DNA of 64,000 nucleotides. It comes from Acidobacteriota bacterium (GTDB taxonomy: Bacteria; Acidobacteriota; Terriglobia; Bryobacterales; Bryobacteraceae). Below the pieces are notes generated by a model. It worked only from the letters and a program-made list of their open reading frames with translations, ran no database searches and was not told the origin of the DNA. Positions 19,327-29,027 of this stretch are shown one piece after another. The stretch spans positions 39,598-103,597 of the forward strand of contig JAYUSQ010000106.1 in assembly GCA_043755595.1 (NCBI GenBank), in the 5' to 3' direction. The position numbers and the translations under genes were made by a program. The number at the start of each line of letters is the position of its first letter. Position 1 is the first letter of the stretch.

Positions 19327-20781
19327 TCAAGCTCGCCGGGCGGCGGTTAGCGCTAACCCTGTACCAAGCAGGAGACACAGCCACGGGAACCAATCGCCGT
19401 ATCGCGTGTACGGCGTTTTCTCCGCAATCCAATTGAAATGCAGCCGGCCGGTGGCGGCTTCAAAGGGAGGCAATTGCTCGCGAATCCGGCCGGTAGGGTC
19501 GATCGAGACCGTGTAGCCATCGTTGGTGGGACGTAGCAGCCAGCGCCCGTTTTCCACCGCGCGCATACGGGCCAAAAGCAGATGCTGTTGCCGTGCGCCG
19601 GTGCGTCCAAAGTAGCCGTCGTTGGTGAGATTGATCAGTAGTTCGCTGCCTTGATCGGTAAACCGCCGCACCAATTCCGGGAACGCCGATTCGTAGCAGA
19701 TGAAGCCGCCAACGCCATGGCCGTCGACGCGAGGCACTTCGATGCTGGTGCCCGGAGTCGAGTCCCCGGCTTCCTTGGTGATCTTGTTAATCCAGAAAAA
19801 AATCGGCGGCACGAATTCGCCAAACGGCACCAGATACATCTTGGCGTAACGTGAAAGTTCTTCGCCGGACGGGCCGAGCATGAGCGCGGCGTTGAGTTGT
19901 TGCTGCTTGGGCGTGTACGCGACGGCGCCAAACAGGAAATGGGTGCGGGTGGAGCGCGCCAAGCCTCGGGCCGCTTCGGTGAACGCCGCATCGGAATCGA
20001 AGAAAAACGGCGCGGGCGACTCAGGCCACAAAATCAAATCCGGCTTGGGTTGCGTGACATCGAGCGCGGCGCTAGCGCTTACGCGGAACACGCGGTCGAC
20101 CAGGCGCGTGAACGACGAATCGTCCCAGCGTGCATCTTGCGGCACGTTGGGCTGCATCACCGCCGCTTGCTGCCGCGGCGGCGCAACGGTGGGAAGCGGG
20201 GGCGCGGCGTAGAGCAGCACGAGCGCGGCGAGCGGCGCAAGTTCCACGCGGGGCCGCCGCAGCGCCGCTAACGCGAGCCCTGTGCCTAACATCGCGAGAA
20301 CGAATGAGACGCCATACACGCCCACCAGCGGCGCGAGCCGTAGCGGCACGCTCATCTCCATCGCGGCGTTTCCGAGCAGCAGCCATTGGAATCCGAATTC
20401 GCCGTGCGTACGTTCGAGTCCAACCCATAACGCGGGGACCGACAGAATCGCCCACCGCGATTCCATCAGCCATCCGGCGAGCGTTGCGAACACGGCTATG
20501 TGCAGGCCCTTGAGCACGGCGAACAAAAACAGCGTGAACCATCCGACGGGACCGGCGAGGCCACCATGGGTGGCCAGCACGTGATTGATCCAATAGCAGT
20601 GCAGCAGCCAATAAACTATGCCTGCCAGTTCGCCGTGCAGAAATCGCCTTCGCCAGGAGCCTTCGCGCACTGAGGCATTGACCAGAGGCGCCAACGCGAC
20701 CGGCGCCAGCATCGGCACGTTGTAGGGCGGGAAGAGCAGAGCCAGCAGCACAGCCGTCGTAACGGCCAGCGCGAGGTTCAA
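19327..20781 (-). CDS. lnt: Apolipoprotein N-acyltransferase.
   Basis: 484-aa ORF. N-terminal multi-TM region followed by a CN-hydrolase domain with the catalytic Cys in FICYESAFPE. Confidence 0.85.
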   Translation of the reverse strand: MNLALAVTTAVLLALLFPPYNVPMLAPVALAPLVNASVREGSWRRRFLHGELAGIVYWLLHCYWINHVLATHGGLAGPVGWFTLFLFAVLKGLHIAVFATLAGWLMESRWAILSVPALWVGLERTHGEFGFQWLLLGNAAMEMSVPLRLAPLVGVYGVSFVLAMLGTGLALAALRRPRVELAPLAALVLLYAAPPLPTVAPPRQQAAVMQPNVPQDARWDDSSFTRLVDRVFRVSASAALDVTQPKPDLILWPESPAPFFFDSDAAFTEAARGLARSTRTHFLFGAVAYTPKQQQLNAALMLGPSGEELSRYAKMYLVPFGEFVPPIFFWINKITKEAGDSTPGTSIEVPRVDGHGVGGFICYESAFPELVRRFTDQGSELLINLTNDGYFGRTGARQQHLLLARMRAVENGRWLLRPTNDGYTVSIDPTGRIREQLPPFEAATGRLHFNWIAEKTPYTRYGDWFPWLCLLLGTGLALTAARRA

Positions 20782-21710
20782 GCTTGCGCCTCCTCGCTCA
20801 CTTTGTCCGCCATGTAGGAGCTGCGCACGAAGGGCCCGGCGAACACCATTTTGAAGCCCATGGAGAGGCCGTAGTCTCGATAGGCGTCGAACTGCGCAGG
20901 TGTGACGTAGCTCATCACGGGCAGGTTGCGGCGCGTAGGCTGGAGGTACTGGCCGATGGTGGCGACGTCCGCCGTGCCTTCCGAGCGCAGATCGCGGAGA
21001 AGTTCTTCTACTTCCTCTGCGGTTTCGCCGAGCCCGGCCATTAGCCCGGACTTCGTCAGTACATCTGGGCGGTACGCCTTCGCTTCGCGCAGCACAGTGA
21101 GCGACTGACGATAGTTGGCCTGTGGACGGACGCGCCGGTATAGCCGCGACACAGTTTCCATGTTGTGGTTGAAGACGTCGGGACCGGCGTCTAACACGCG
21201 CCGCACGGCATCAAGGTTGCCTTCAAAATCCGGCGTGAGCGCTTCGACTCGCGCTTGGGGCAACGCGCGGCGGACTTCGCGTACGGTTTCGGCGAAATGA
21301 TGGGAGCCGCCGTCGGCAAGGTCGTCGCGATTCACGCTGGTGATGACGATGTATTTCAGCTGCATCCGCGCAGCCATGTCGGCGACGTGACGCGGTTCGA
21401 AGGCGTCCAACGTAAACTCACGCTTCTCGGGCGACCCCTTGGGGACCGAGCAAAACCCGCAGCCGCGCGTACACAGATTGCCGAGAATCATGAACGTCGC
21501 CTGGCCGCGATGGAAGCACTCGTGGATGTTGGGGCAGCGGGCGGACTCGCATACCGTATGGAGATCCAGGCGGCGCAAATCGCGTTTGAGCGCGGTGACG
21601 GATTCATGATGTACGTCAGCCTTGCGCAGCCACTCAGGCAATCGTCCGCGAGCGGCACGGCCGGCGGGAGGCAGCGCATTTTCTATTTGAACGAGAGGAG
21701 AAGAGCCCAA
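20778..21710 (-). CDS. lipA: Lipoyl synthase.
   Basis: Radical SAM cluster motifs CESARCPNIHEC and NLCTRGCGFC. About 310 aa. Overlaps the lnt start by 4 nt. Confidence 0.9.
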   Translation of the reverse strand: MGSSPLVQIENALPPAGRAARGRLPEWLRKADVHHESVTALKRDLRRLDLHTVCESARCPNIHECFHRGQATFMILGNLCTRGCGFCSVPKGSPEKREFTLDAFEPRHVADMAARMQLKYIVITSVNRDDLADGGSHHFAETVREVRRALPQARVEALTPDFEGNLDAVRRVLDAGPDVFNHNMETVSRLYRRVRPQANYRQSLTVLREAKAYRPDVLTKSGLMAGLGETAEEVEELLRDLRSEGTADVATIGQYLQPTRRNLPVMSYVTPAQFDAYRDYGLSMGFKMVFAGPFVRSSYMADKVSEEAQA

Positions 21711-21719
21711 GCCACTATG

Positions 21720-22712
21720 TTACCGGGTGGCCAACGCGAGCACCGGATCGGGCCCGGCGCCCGCCGGTGTTTTAAACGTTTTGACGATCTTACGTTGCGG
21801 CACCGAAACCACTACTACAGTGTCGTGATCCTGCACCCCAACGAAGGCATACGCGCCGTCGGGCGACATCGTCATCGACAGCGGGGGCCCTGGCAGCTTG
21901 ACGGTGAGTGTCTGTTTGCGAGCGGCGATATCGACGAAGCCGAACGTCTCGTCGGTCAACATGCTGTAGACCAGCGTTTTCCCGTCGGGCGTGAGCGCGA
22001 TGCGGTTCGGCCCTTTGCCGGTTTCAATGCGGCCGATGTTTTCCTGGCGAGCGACGTCGAGAATTGTGATCGAGTTGCCGTCGGAATTGGTCATGTAGAT
22101 CAACTTGCCGTCTTTGGACAGCACACCGCCTTGCGGGCGCTTGTCCGTTGGGATCAGCTTGGTCTTTCCCGTTTCCAGATGGATGGCGGCAATCGTGGAA
22201 GTGGTTGTGTTTGAAACGAACGCGGTCTCGCCGTCGGGCGAGAGCATCACCATGTGCGGATCCTCGCCTTGCACGTCGTAACGGCGAACGACTTTGCGAG
22301 TGTTCAGGTCCATCAGCAGGAGCCCGTCGGGGTTCTCCGTGGTCGAGAGCAACCGATTGCGTTTGGCGTCGAGCGCCAAGCCATGGGGGCGGCGATTTTT
22401 GCCGAGATCGATCGTGCCCAGCTTCGTCCGGCTCTTGACATCCACGATGGAAATCGTGTTGCCGCCTTCGCCCGCATTCTGCATCCATAGAATGCCGTTG
22501 TCGGAGATGTAGGCTGTGCGGCCGTCGGGGGCGAGCACGATTTCATGCGGGTATTCGCCGATCTTGACTCCCGCGAGGCGCTTGCCATCGGGTGAGTAGA
22601 AGCCCACGGCCCCCGCTTTCTTTTCGACGATCACGAGCGGGAAATTCTGGGCGGCGAGCGTGGCGCACGCGGCGAGGGCGGAGATGGCGAGGCGAGGCAT
22701 CCGACTTATCAT
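21720..22712 (-). CDS. Secreted YVTN-type beta-propeller repeat protein.
   Basis: ORF 21720..22889. The likely true start MISRMPRLAISALAACATLAAQ (signal peptide) is at about 22712. The track ORF extends upstream into the neighbouring pseudogene frame. Repetitive blade-like segments. Confidence 0.7.
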   Translation of the reverse strand: MISRMPRLAISALAACATLAAQNFPLVIVEKKAGAVGFYSPDGKRLAGVKIGEYPHEIVLAPDGRTAYISDNGILWMQNAGEGGNTISIVDVKSRTKLGTIDLGKNRRPHGLALDAKRNRLLSTTENPDGLLLMDLNTRKVVRRYDVQGEDPHMVMLSPDGETAFVSNTTTSTIAAIHLETGKTKLIPTDKRPQGGVLSKDGKLIYMTNSDGNSITILDVARQENIGRIETGKGPNRIALTPDGKTLVYSMLTDETFGFVDIAARKQTLTVKLPGPPLSMTMSPDGAYAFVGVQDHDTVVVVSVPQRKIVKTFKTPAGAGPDPVLALATR

Positions 22713-23665
22713 CACACAAAGGGTTCGAAGAATCAGGTCCTGCTGCTCGGTTTGGCGAAGCGCGGCGACGTCAATCAAGTCTTGGGCCTCGCCGCGGCAA
22801 GTTTTGCGGCAATCAAATCGCCACGGGAAATGACCTGGGCTCTGAGAGCGCCTTCGGGGTCGATCTCGAAGTCCAGGCGCCTTTCCCAAGCGGCGTCAAA
22901 AATTGACGCCTGGGATTGCCGGAAGAATATCCACCATCAGCGGTGGTGCTCCCATTCGAAAAAACATATCGGGCGCCATGAAGTCCTCGGCCGTCAGTCC
23001 TTCAAGCGGTGCGCCGAATTCGGCCAACGCGGCATAGAGGGACTTAACGTTCTCGGCGTCGGAGCTCACCGGCAAGTCGAGATCTTTTGGTTACTCCGTA
23101 TAACCTCGGGTTCTGGCCCCGTGCCGGATTCGTAGGACACTCGATTTGGCACTACAAGCCTTCAACTACCTCGCTTATGATCCGGAACGCTTGAGCGGGG
23201 TCGAGATCCCTCAACCCTAAATCCTCTGGAAGAAATCCGATTCGGCGGATCGGCTGTTCATGTGTAGTATTGAATGCCCTTACGGCCTTCAAAAACGCCG
23301 GGAGAACCAATCGAAGAACGAACTCCGGTGTGGTGGGATCGCCCTCCTTGGTCGTCACGCCAACGACTCCGTATCGTGGCATTCCGCGTTGAAGCTGTTG
23401 GGGCGGTGTCTCAAGTACCCGCGCTTCATGAATGACAAACGGCGGGATCGCACCGAACAACTCCACCCCCACCATTGGCGTTGCCCAAAGCGCATCCAGC
23501 CCGCCCTTTCGGACCGCATCCGGGCCGTAACCAGGCTGGTACGAGATGTAGGCCATGTGCTCGGAAAACTGGCGAAGTTTCTCAAGGAGGTTGGTGTCAG
23601 TTCCATAAAGAACGATCTCAACCTCCGCTGCTCGTGAATCGGGTGCATCTAAGCGAACTGGATTT
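22713..23665 (-). pseudogene. Degraded nucleotidyltransferase gene, AbiEii/DUF1814-like toxin family, with multiple frameshifts and internal stops.
   Basis: Manual minus-strand translation yields three successive frame pieces. (1) ...EVEIVLYGTDTNLLEKLRQFSEHMAYISYQ..., ORF 23152..23556, with a GGTAL/RfSED-like N-terminal NTase motif. (2) PKDLDLPVSSDAENVKSLYAALAEFGAPLEGLTAEDFMAPDMFFRMGAPPLMVDILPAIPGVNF*. (3) DAAWERRLDFEIDPEGALRAQVISRGDLIAAKLAAARPKT* with the KLxAxRPKD-like C-terminal motif. Confidence 0.45.
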
Positions 23666-24203
23666 CACCATGTTTACTTCACCCTGACCTTGGGCAGATC
23701 CTGGTTTCGAATCAGAACTCCGCGGCCCTCTGTCGCGGCAATATGAGGAGCCGAGCTATTTACAAGCTGCGCCGGAGCCACGCCTTCAACGACCGAGTGC
23801 GTATCCCCTGTCATCTGCGTCATTCTCGATCCAAAGCTCTGCGCGCCAGCCTCCGCGAAGAAGAAGCGGCCTCAAGCAACTCCGCGAAGAAATGGAAGCC
23901 TTCCGCGTCCGCACCTCGCGCGCGGGCTCCGACACCTTCCGCGCCGGCCTGAATGACGACCTCGTGATGGCCTTCGCACTCGCCCCCTGGAAAGTGCGCG
24001 GCGCCCTACCCAGACGTGGAGACCCTACATGACTTCCACTCCTCGCGCCATCGTCAAGCGGGCGCCCGGCGAGCAGCGTGTCGATGCCGCAGCCAGGAAG
24101 TCGACAACGGCGTCGGACCAATCGGTCTGATTCGCCACTGGCGTCAAGATCCCAGCTTAATCCCGCCCTGGCGACGATAATAAGAGGCAGGAGGAGGACC
24201 TGA

Positions 24204-25953
24204 ATGAGACGTGGAACTTCCGCGCTGCTGCTGGTTGTCAACCTCGCCATAGCGTCGGCGGCGACTTACCCTGCCGGATTCTCGGAGGAGTTGGTGGCCT
24301 CAGGGCTGAACGCACCGACTGCGATGGCTCTTGCCCCCGATGGCCGCCTGTTTGTTTGTGAGCAGGGCGGCAACCTGCGAATCATCAAGAACGGGGTGTT
24401 ACTGCCAACGCCGTTTCTTAGCTTGACCGTAAGCTCCATCGGCGAACGTGGACTGCTGGGTGTGGCGTTCGATCCGAATTTCTCAACGAACAACCGGATC
24501 TATGTCTACTAATGTCTACTACACCACGGCCGGCGCGCCGATCCATAATCGCGTGAGCCGTTTCATCGCTAACGGCGATATTGCGTTGTCCAATACCGAG
24601 ACACCGATTGTCGATCTCGATAACCTTTAGGCCGCCACCAACCACAACGGCGGGGCCATTCACTTTGGCGCGGACGGCAAGCTCTACATTGCCGTGGGCG
24701 ACAACGCTCAGGGCGGAAACGCTTTGTCGTTCACCACCAGACTCGGGAAAATTCTGCGCGTTGATCCCGATGGCGCGATTCCTGCCGACAACCCGTTCCT
24801 GCGGGAGACGAACGGCCTGAATCGGGCAATCTGGGCGATGGGACTTCGCAATCCATTCACCTTCAACTTCCATCCACAAAATGGCCGGATGCATATCTAA
24901 TGATGTGGGACAGGTCAGTTGGGAGGAAGTCAATGAAGGAGTCGCGGGAGCCAACTACGGTTGGCCGGTGGCCGAAGGCTTCGACGGCGGCAACGCCGCT
25001 TATCGGGACCCTTTGGCGGCGTACAGTCACAGCACGGGAACGCCGACCGGTTGCGCGATCACCGGCGGAGCGTTTCTGACGGGCGGTAACTACCCGAGTC
25101 AATACAACAACGCTTACTTTTACGCCGATATCTGCAGCCAGTGGATTTACTATTTGCCAGCGCCTGGTTTGCACTCAAATTCCCTTCGTGACCAGCCTGG
25201 GCAGGGGCGCTGTCGACTTGCAGGTTTCAAATGGCGAGTTGTACTACCTCAGCCGCGACAACGGCGGCGTATCGCGCGTGAAATACACTCCTCCGAGCCC
25301 GGGGCTGCGCTTTGTGCCGGTTACTCCTTGCCGGCCCACGCACAAGCTTACTCGTTGAATGCGACGGTCGTGCCTTCGGGACCGCTTGGGTTTCTGACGC
25401 TGTGGCCGTCGGGTCAGCCGCACCGTTGGTTTCCACGCTGAATGCGCCCACCGGCGGGGTCGTGGCTAACGCAGCGGTCGTTCCCGCCGGTTCGGGCGGC
25501 AGCGTCAGCGCCTACGTTTCCAGCGCCAGCCATTTGGTCCTCGATATTAACGGCTATTTCGCGCCCACCGGCGGAGCCAATGCACAACGGTTTTTCACTA
25601 CCGCGCCATGCCGGTTGCTGGATACACGGTTGGCCGACGGAGAGTTCGGGGGACCCGTGTTGGCGGCGGCGCAAGTAAGAAGCTATCGGTTGCCCTTGGC
25701 GGGCTGCGGCATCCCAGGCGCCGCAGCCGCGTATTCCTTGAATGCGACCGTGGTTCCGTCCGCGCCTCTGGGCTACCTGACGTTGTGGCCGGAAGGAATT
25801 GCGCAGCCGGTGGTTTCGACACTGAATGCCGTGGGCGACGCGATTGTGGCCAATGCCGCGATTGTGCCGGCCCGAACGGAGGGCGCGGTGGCCAGTTACG
25901 CCACCTCTCAAACTCACTTGATTCTCGATGGCAATGGTTACTTCGCGCCGTAG
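24204..25953 (+). pseudogene. PQQ-dependent sugar dehydrogenase-like gene (soluble glucose/sorbosone dehydrogenase family) with two C-terminal tandem repeat domains. Disrupted by at least four lesions.
   Basis: Signal peptide MRRGTSALLLVVNLAIASA. GSDH-like segments DGRLFVCEQGG, NRIYVY, HNGGAIHFGADGKLYIAVGDN, NYGWPVAEG, ELYYLSRDNGGVSRVKYT are spread over four frames (24204.., 24448.., 24694.., 24881.., 25312..). Lesions: 10-bp tandem duplication at 24502-24521, in-frame TAG at 24628-24630, and frameshifts near 24885 and 25150. Confidence 0.6.
24502..24521. repeat. 10-bp tandem duplication (atgtctacta x2) that frameshifts the sugar dehydrogenase-like gene.
   Basis: Direct reading. A single copy would restore ...NRIYVYYTTAGAPIHNRVSRF... 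in one frame. Confidence 0.8.
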
Positions 25954-26657
25954 CCGCTCACTACGAAACGAATCGAAGACTCTGGAGGCTTGGGCTGGAA
26001 GTTTGTCGATCGCGGAGGGAGTAGGCGGCCCGTGGTCGCGGCCGTGAGGACATCGGCGAGGGTCAGCACCGGCACCAGGATGATCGCTTCGGCGCGGCCC
26101 GCCTCGAGTTCTGCGCGCGCCTGACTTGCTTCGGCTTCGATCGTCCATTCACAAGAGCCCAGGTCAGCCAAAGAATGCAGGAGCCGCAGTTGATCGACGG
26201 GCGCGAGCCCGGAGCAATCGTAATGTTCGACCTCGCCACCGCGCCAGCCAAACGCAAGTGAGCCCGGGCGGTTTCTGGTGGCCGGCCGCAGGCGTTGCCG
26301 GAGGAGCGCACCGCACCGTTGAGCCCAGCGATTGTCGCCCGTCCGGCGAATTACGCGATGCGCAGGCATAATACGAACCGCATTCTCAGTCCAGGAAAAA
26401 AATCGGGCGGCGACCGCCACCGGCTTACCGCTCCGCAACGCCAACACTTGGGCGGCCGCGCAGCGATGATGCCCGTCGGCGATGATCGAGCGGGCCGGCA
26501 GCCGGTCATCGATCAACACCGTGATGGGCGTTTGCTGGACCCCGCCTGATTGGGTCCACTCGTCCACCAGAGTGTCGACGCGTGCAAGCGATGTCTCTTC
26601 ATGGGGAAGGATAGCGGCGCGGCCGGGATCCACCAGCACAACGCCATCGCGAAGCAT
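25938..26657 (-). CDS. ParB/sulfiredoxin-like domain protein (DUF1015-like).
   Basis: 239-aa ORF. IADGHHR motif, as I recall characteristic of DUF1015 / ParB-like nuclease folds. Shorter than typical DUF1015 proteins. Start overlaps the upstream stop. Confidence 0.5.
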   Translation of the reverse strand: MLRDGVVLVDPGRAAILPHEETSLARVDTLVDEWTQSGGVQQTPITVLIDDRLPARSIIADGHHRCAAAQVLALRSGKPVAVAARFFSWTENAVRIMPAHRVIRRTGDNRWAQRCGALLRQRLRPATRNRPGSLAFGWRGGEVEHYDCSGLAPVDQLRLLHSLADLGSCEWTIEAEASQARAELEAGRAEAIILVPVLTLADVLTAATTGRLLPPRSTNFQPKPPESSIRFVVSGYGAK

Positions 26658-27592
26658 TAACCAGCCGCGCCCGCGCCTCCGCCTCGGACTAAAGCTCCGG
26701 CGTAAAGGCGGTCAAGTTCACGGCGCGCTACGTCGGCCCATTGGCTGCGAGAATCCAGTTTGAGGTAAATCCGCCAGTGGCGCATCGCCTTCATGGCTTC
26801 TCCAGCCGTCTGGTATAAGAGCGCGAGATTGTAGTGAGCGTCGGCATACTGCGGGTCCAATTCAAGGGCGGCGAGGTAGTGATGCTTGGCCTTGATGCGG
26901 TCGCCCCGTTCGTCCCACAAGTTGCCCATATTGAAATGCGCCAATGGGTATTTTGGATTGGCTTCAAGCGCCCGCGCGTAATATTTCTCGGCCTTGTCAA
27001 AGCGTTGGCCCGTGAAGTGGATCGTGCCCAGATTGACCATCGCAGCCGCCAGCTTCGGATCCAGCGAAATCGCGATCGTATAAGCATCGATCGCTTCGTC
27101 GATCGGGGCGCCGGTCTGCTCCATGTCGACGCCGCGCAGGAACCACGTCTCGGCTTCCTGGTGGCGGCGGCGGGCTTCGGCCTCGTCTTCCTGAATGCGC
27201 GGGGCCGGCAGAGAGATGAGCCGTTCGAGGTCCGCTTCGGCAAAGTCGAGCAGCAGTTGACCGCTCTCGGATTCCATCTTCTGATTGCCCACCTGCACCC
27301 GGATGCGATTGCCTTCAGAATAGAGGCGCACTTCGGTGAGTGGATCGGCCGAACCCTGCAATTTCTTGCGCACGGCCACCACGGCGCGCTGGATCTTAGC
27401 CACGGGAAGCTTGGCCTCCTGAAGGCGAATCAGCGTACGCAGAGCGATAAGCCCATGAAAATGGTAGGCTTCGGCGGGTTTAACTAACCCGAGTTCCTCC
27501 CACTTCCGAAGCTTGCGCTCGGTGATGCCTAGCATGCGAATTGTCTCAAGCCGCGTGTATTCCTGCTTGGCGGCGTCAGCCAGGGCTGGCAC
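26657..27592 (-). CDS. MerR-type HTH plus TPR-repeat protein.
   Basis: 311-aa ORF. The N-terminal LGITERKLRKWEELGLV resembles a MerR-family HTH. The C-terminal half has TPR repeats (AIDAYTIAISLDPKLAAAMVNLGTIHF..., YARALEANPKYPLAHFNMGNLW...). Confidence 0.7.
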   Translation of the reverse strand: MPALADAAKQEYTRLETIRMLGITERKLRKWEELGLVKPAEAYHFHGLIALRTLIRLQEAKLPVAKIQRAVVAVRKKLQGSADPLTEVRLYSEGNRIRVQVGNQKMESESGQLLLDFAEADLERLISLPAPRIQEDEAEARRRHQEAETWFLRGVDMEQTGAPIDEAIDAYTIAISLDPKLAAAMVNLGTIHFTGQRFDKAEKYYARALEANPKYPLAHFNMGNLWDERGDRIKAKHHYLAALELDPQYADAHYNLALLYQTAGEAMKAMRHWRIYLKLDSRSQWADVARRELDRLYAGALVRGGGAGAAG

Positions 27593-27653
27593 GATGCGAT
27601 TTTAACACGCGGGCGGGTCAAAACTTGCGTTGCGCCGCGTATTCCCGCTATAA

Positions 27654-28967
27654 AAGGGTATCGACGCAAAGCCCGCAATCGTTATCGGTGGAGGCATCTC
27701 CGGCCTCAGCGCCGTTTGGTACCTGCGCCAAAAAGGGATCGCCGCCACCTTGGTCGAGCGCCAACCGCGCCTGGGCGGCGTGATCGGCACCGATCGCGTC
27801 GAGGGTTGCCTGATCGAAGCGGGTCCCGACAGCTTTCTGGCCGCCAAACCCGCCGCGCTGGAGTTGATCCGCGAGCTGGGGATGGAAGCCGACGTGATTG
27901 GCTCAAACGACAGCCGGCGCATCACGTACATCCTTCGCAAGGGGCGGCTAACGCCGATGCCCGACGGGTTGATGATGATGATTCCGACCAAGGCTTGGCC
28001 GATGATCAAGTCGCCACTCCTCGGATGGGGCTCAAAGTTGAGGATGGGCCTTGAACTGTTTCGCCGCCCGTCGACGCATCCGGATCGGTCGGTCGCCGAT
28101 TTCGTGGCCGATCATTTTGGCCAGGAGGCAGTGGATTACCTGGCCGAGCCGCTGCTGGCCGGCGTCTACGGGGGCGATCCAGCCACGCTCAGCGTCAACT
28201 CGACATTGGCGCGGTTTGTCGAGATGGAACGTGCCACCGGGAGCTTGTCACGGGCGACGCTGCAAGCGCCGAAACCTGCCGCCGGTTCTTTGTTCAAGAC
28301 ACTGAAGGGCGGTATGGGCAGCCTGATCGATGCCCTGCGGCCTCACGTGGCGGAAGTTGTGCAGGGCGAAGCCGAAGCGGTCGAAGTGGGCCGTGTTCGC
28401 GTGAATGGCGAATGGATCGCAGCCCGGCAGATCATTCTGGCTTGCCCGGCATACGAAACCGCGCGCCTGATTGAGCCGCTTGAGCCGGTGGTGGCCGGGC
28501 TGCTGGGTCAGGTCGGCTATACAACATCGGTTACGATGGCCTTTGGATTTCGGCGGTCCGAGTTGCAGCATCCGCTCAACGGATTCGGCTTCCTGGTACC
28601 ACGGAAGGAGCGCGGCGCGTTGGTAGCCTGCACTTGGGTTGGGACTAAATTCGATCACCGCGTGCCCGATTCGCATGCGCTGCTGCGTTGCTTTCTTTCG
28701 GGTGACGCGAGTGCCGATGCAGTGCTGGCCGAGTTGAAGGGCATTATGGGGTTTGCCGCCGATCCGATTTTTGTCCGCACTAGCCGCTGGCCCCGATCAA
28801 TGGCGCAGTACGCCGTGGGCCATGCTGATCGGATTGGCGAAATCAGCAGGCGGATGAAACAGTACGCTTCCGTACACTTGATCGGAAATGCATACGAAGG
28901 AATTGGGATTCCCGACTGTATCCGATTGGCAAAGCAGGCCGTAAATCGAATTACCGAACAACCTTAA
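27654..28967 (+). CDS. hemY: Protoporphyrinogen/coproporphyrinogen oxidase, HemY family (FAD-dependent). Start codon uncertain.
   Basis: The ORF is open from just after TAA at 27651. FAD dinucleotide motif IVIGGGISGLSAVWYL at 27678 onwards. The track ORF begins only at TTG 27750. No ATG/GTG/TTG lies between the stop and the GxGxxG motif. C-terminal region HLIGNAYEGIGIPDC as in HemY. Confidence 0.75.
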   Translation, partial: KGIDAKPAIVIGGGISGLSAVWYLRQKGIAATLVERQPRLGGVIGTDRVEGCLIEAGPDSFLAAKPAALELIRELGMEADVIGSNDSRRITYILRKGRLTPMPDGLMMMIPTKAWPMIKSPLLGWGSKLRMGLELFRRPSTHPDRSVADFVADHFGQEAVDYLAEPLLAGVYGGDPATLSVNSTLARFVEMERATGSLSRATLQAPKPAAGSLFKTLKGGMGSLIDALRPHVAEVVQGEAEAVEVGRVRVNGEWIAARQIILACPAYETARLIEPLEPVVAGLLGQVGYTTSVTMAFGFRRSELQHPLNGFGFLVPRKERGALVACTWVGTKFDHRVPDSHALLRCFLSGDASADAVLAELKGIMGFAADPIFVRTSRWPRSMAQYAVGHADRIGEISRRMKQYASVHLIGNAYEGIGIPDCIRLAKQAVNRITEQP

Positions 28968-29027
28968 ACGCCACCGTTCCACCGCAGGTTGTACAATAGG
29001 GGGCAAGTCCATCGGCTATCCGTGCGA

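Noticed and set aside
21255-22214. 319-aa plus-strand ORF.
   Set aside because: It is antisense to lipA and to the YVTN propeller gene, and has no recognisable motifs.
22752-23135. 127-aa plus-strand ORF between the propeller gene and the nucleotidyltransferase relic.
   Set aside because: The opposite strand carries recognisable, though broken, AbiEii-like coding segments. The plus-strand product looks like random sequence.
23100-23150. tRNA-like 3' fragment (…tacGAATCCggcacggggcca… on the minus strand), considered as a possible att site.
   Set aside because: The T-stem halves are not complementary, and no acceptor or CCA structure can be built.
27580-27605. Possible sigma-54 promoter (cTGGCACgatgcGATTT).
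   Set aside because: The -12 element TTGC is absent (GATT instead), and the orientation does not clearly serve a gene.
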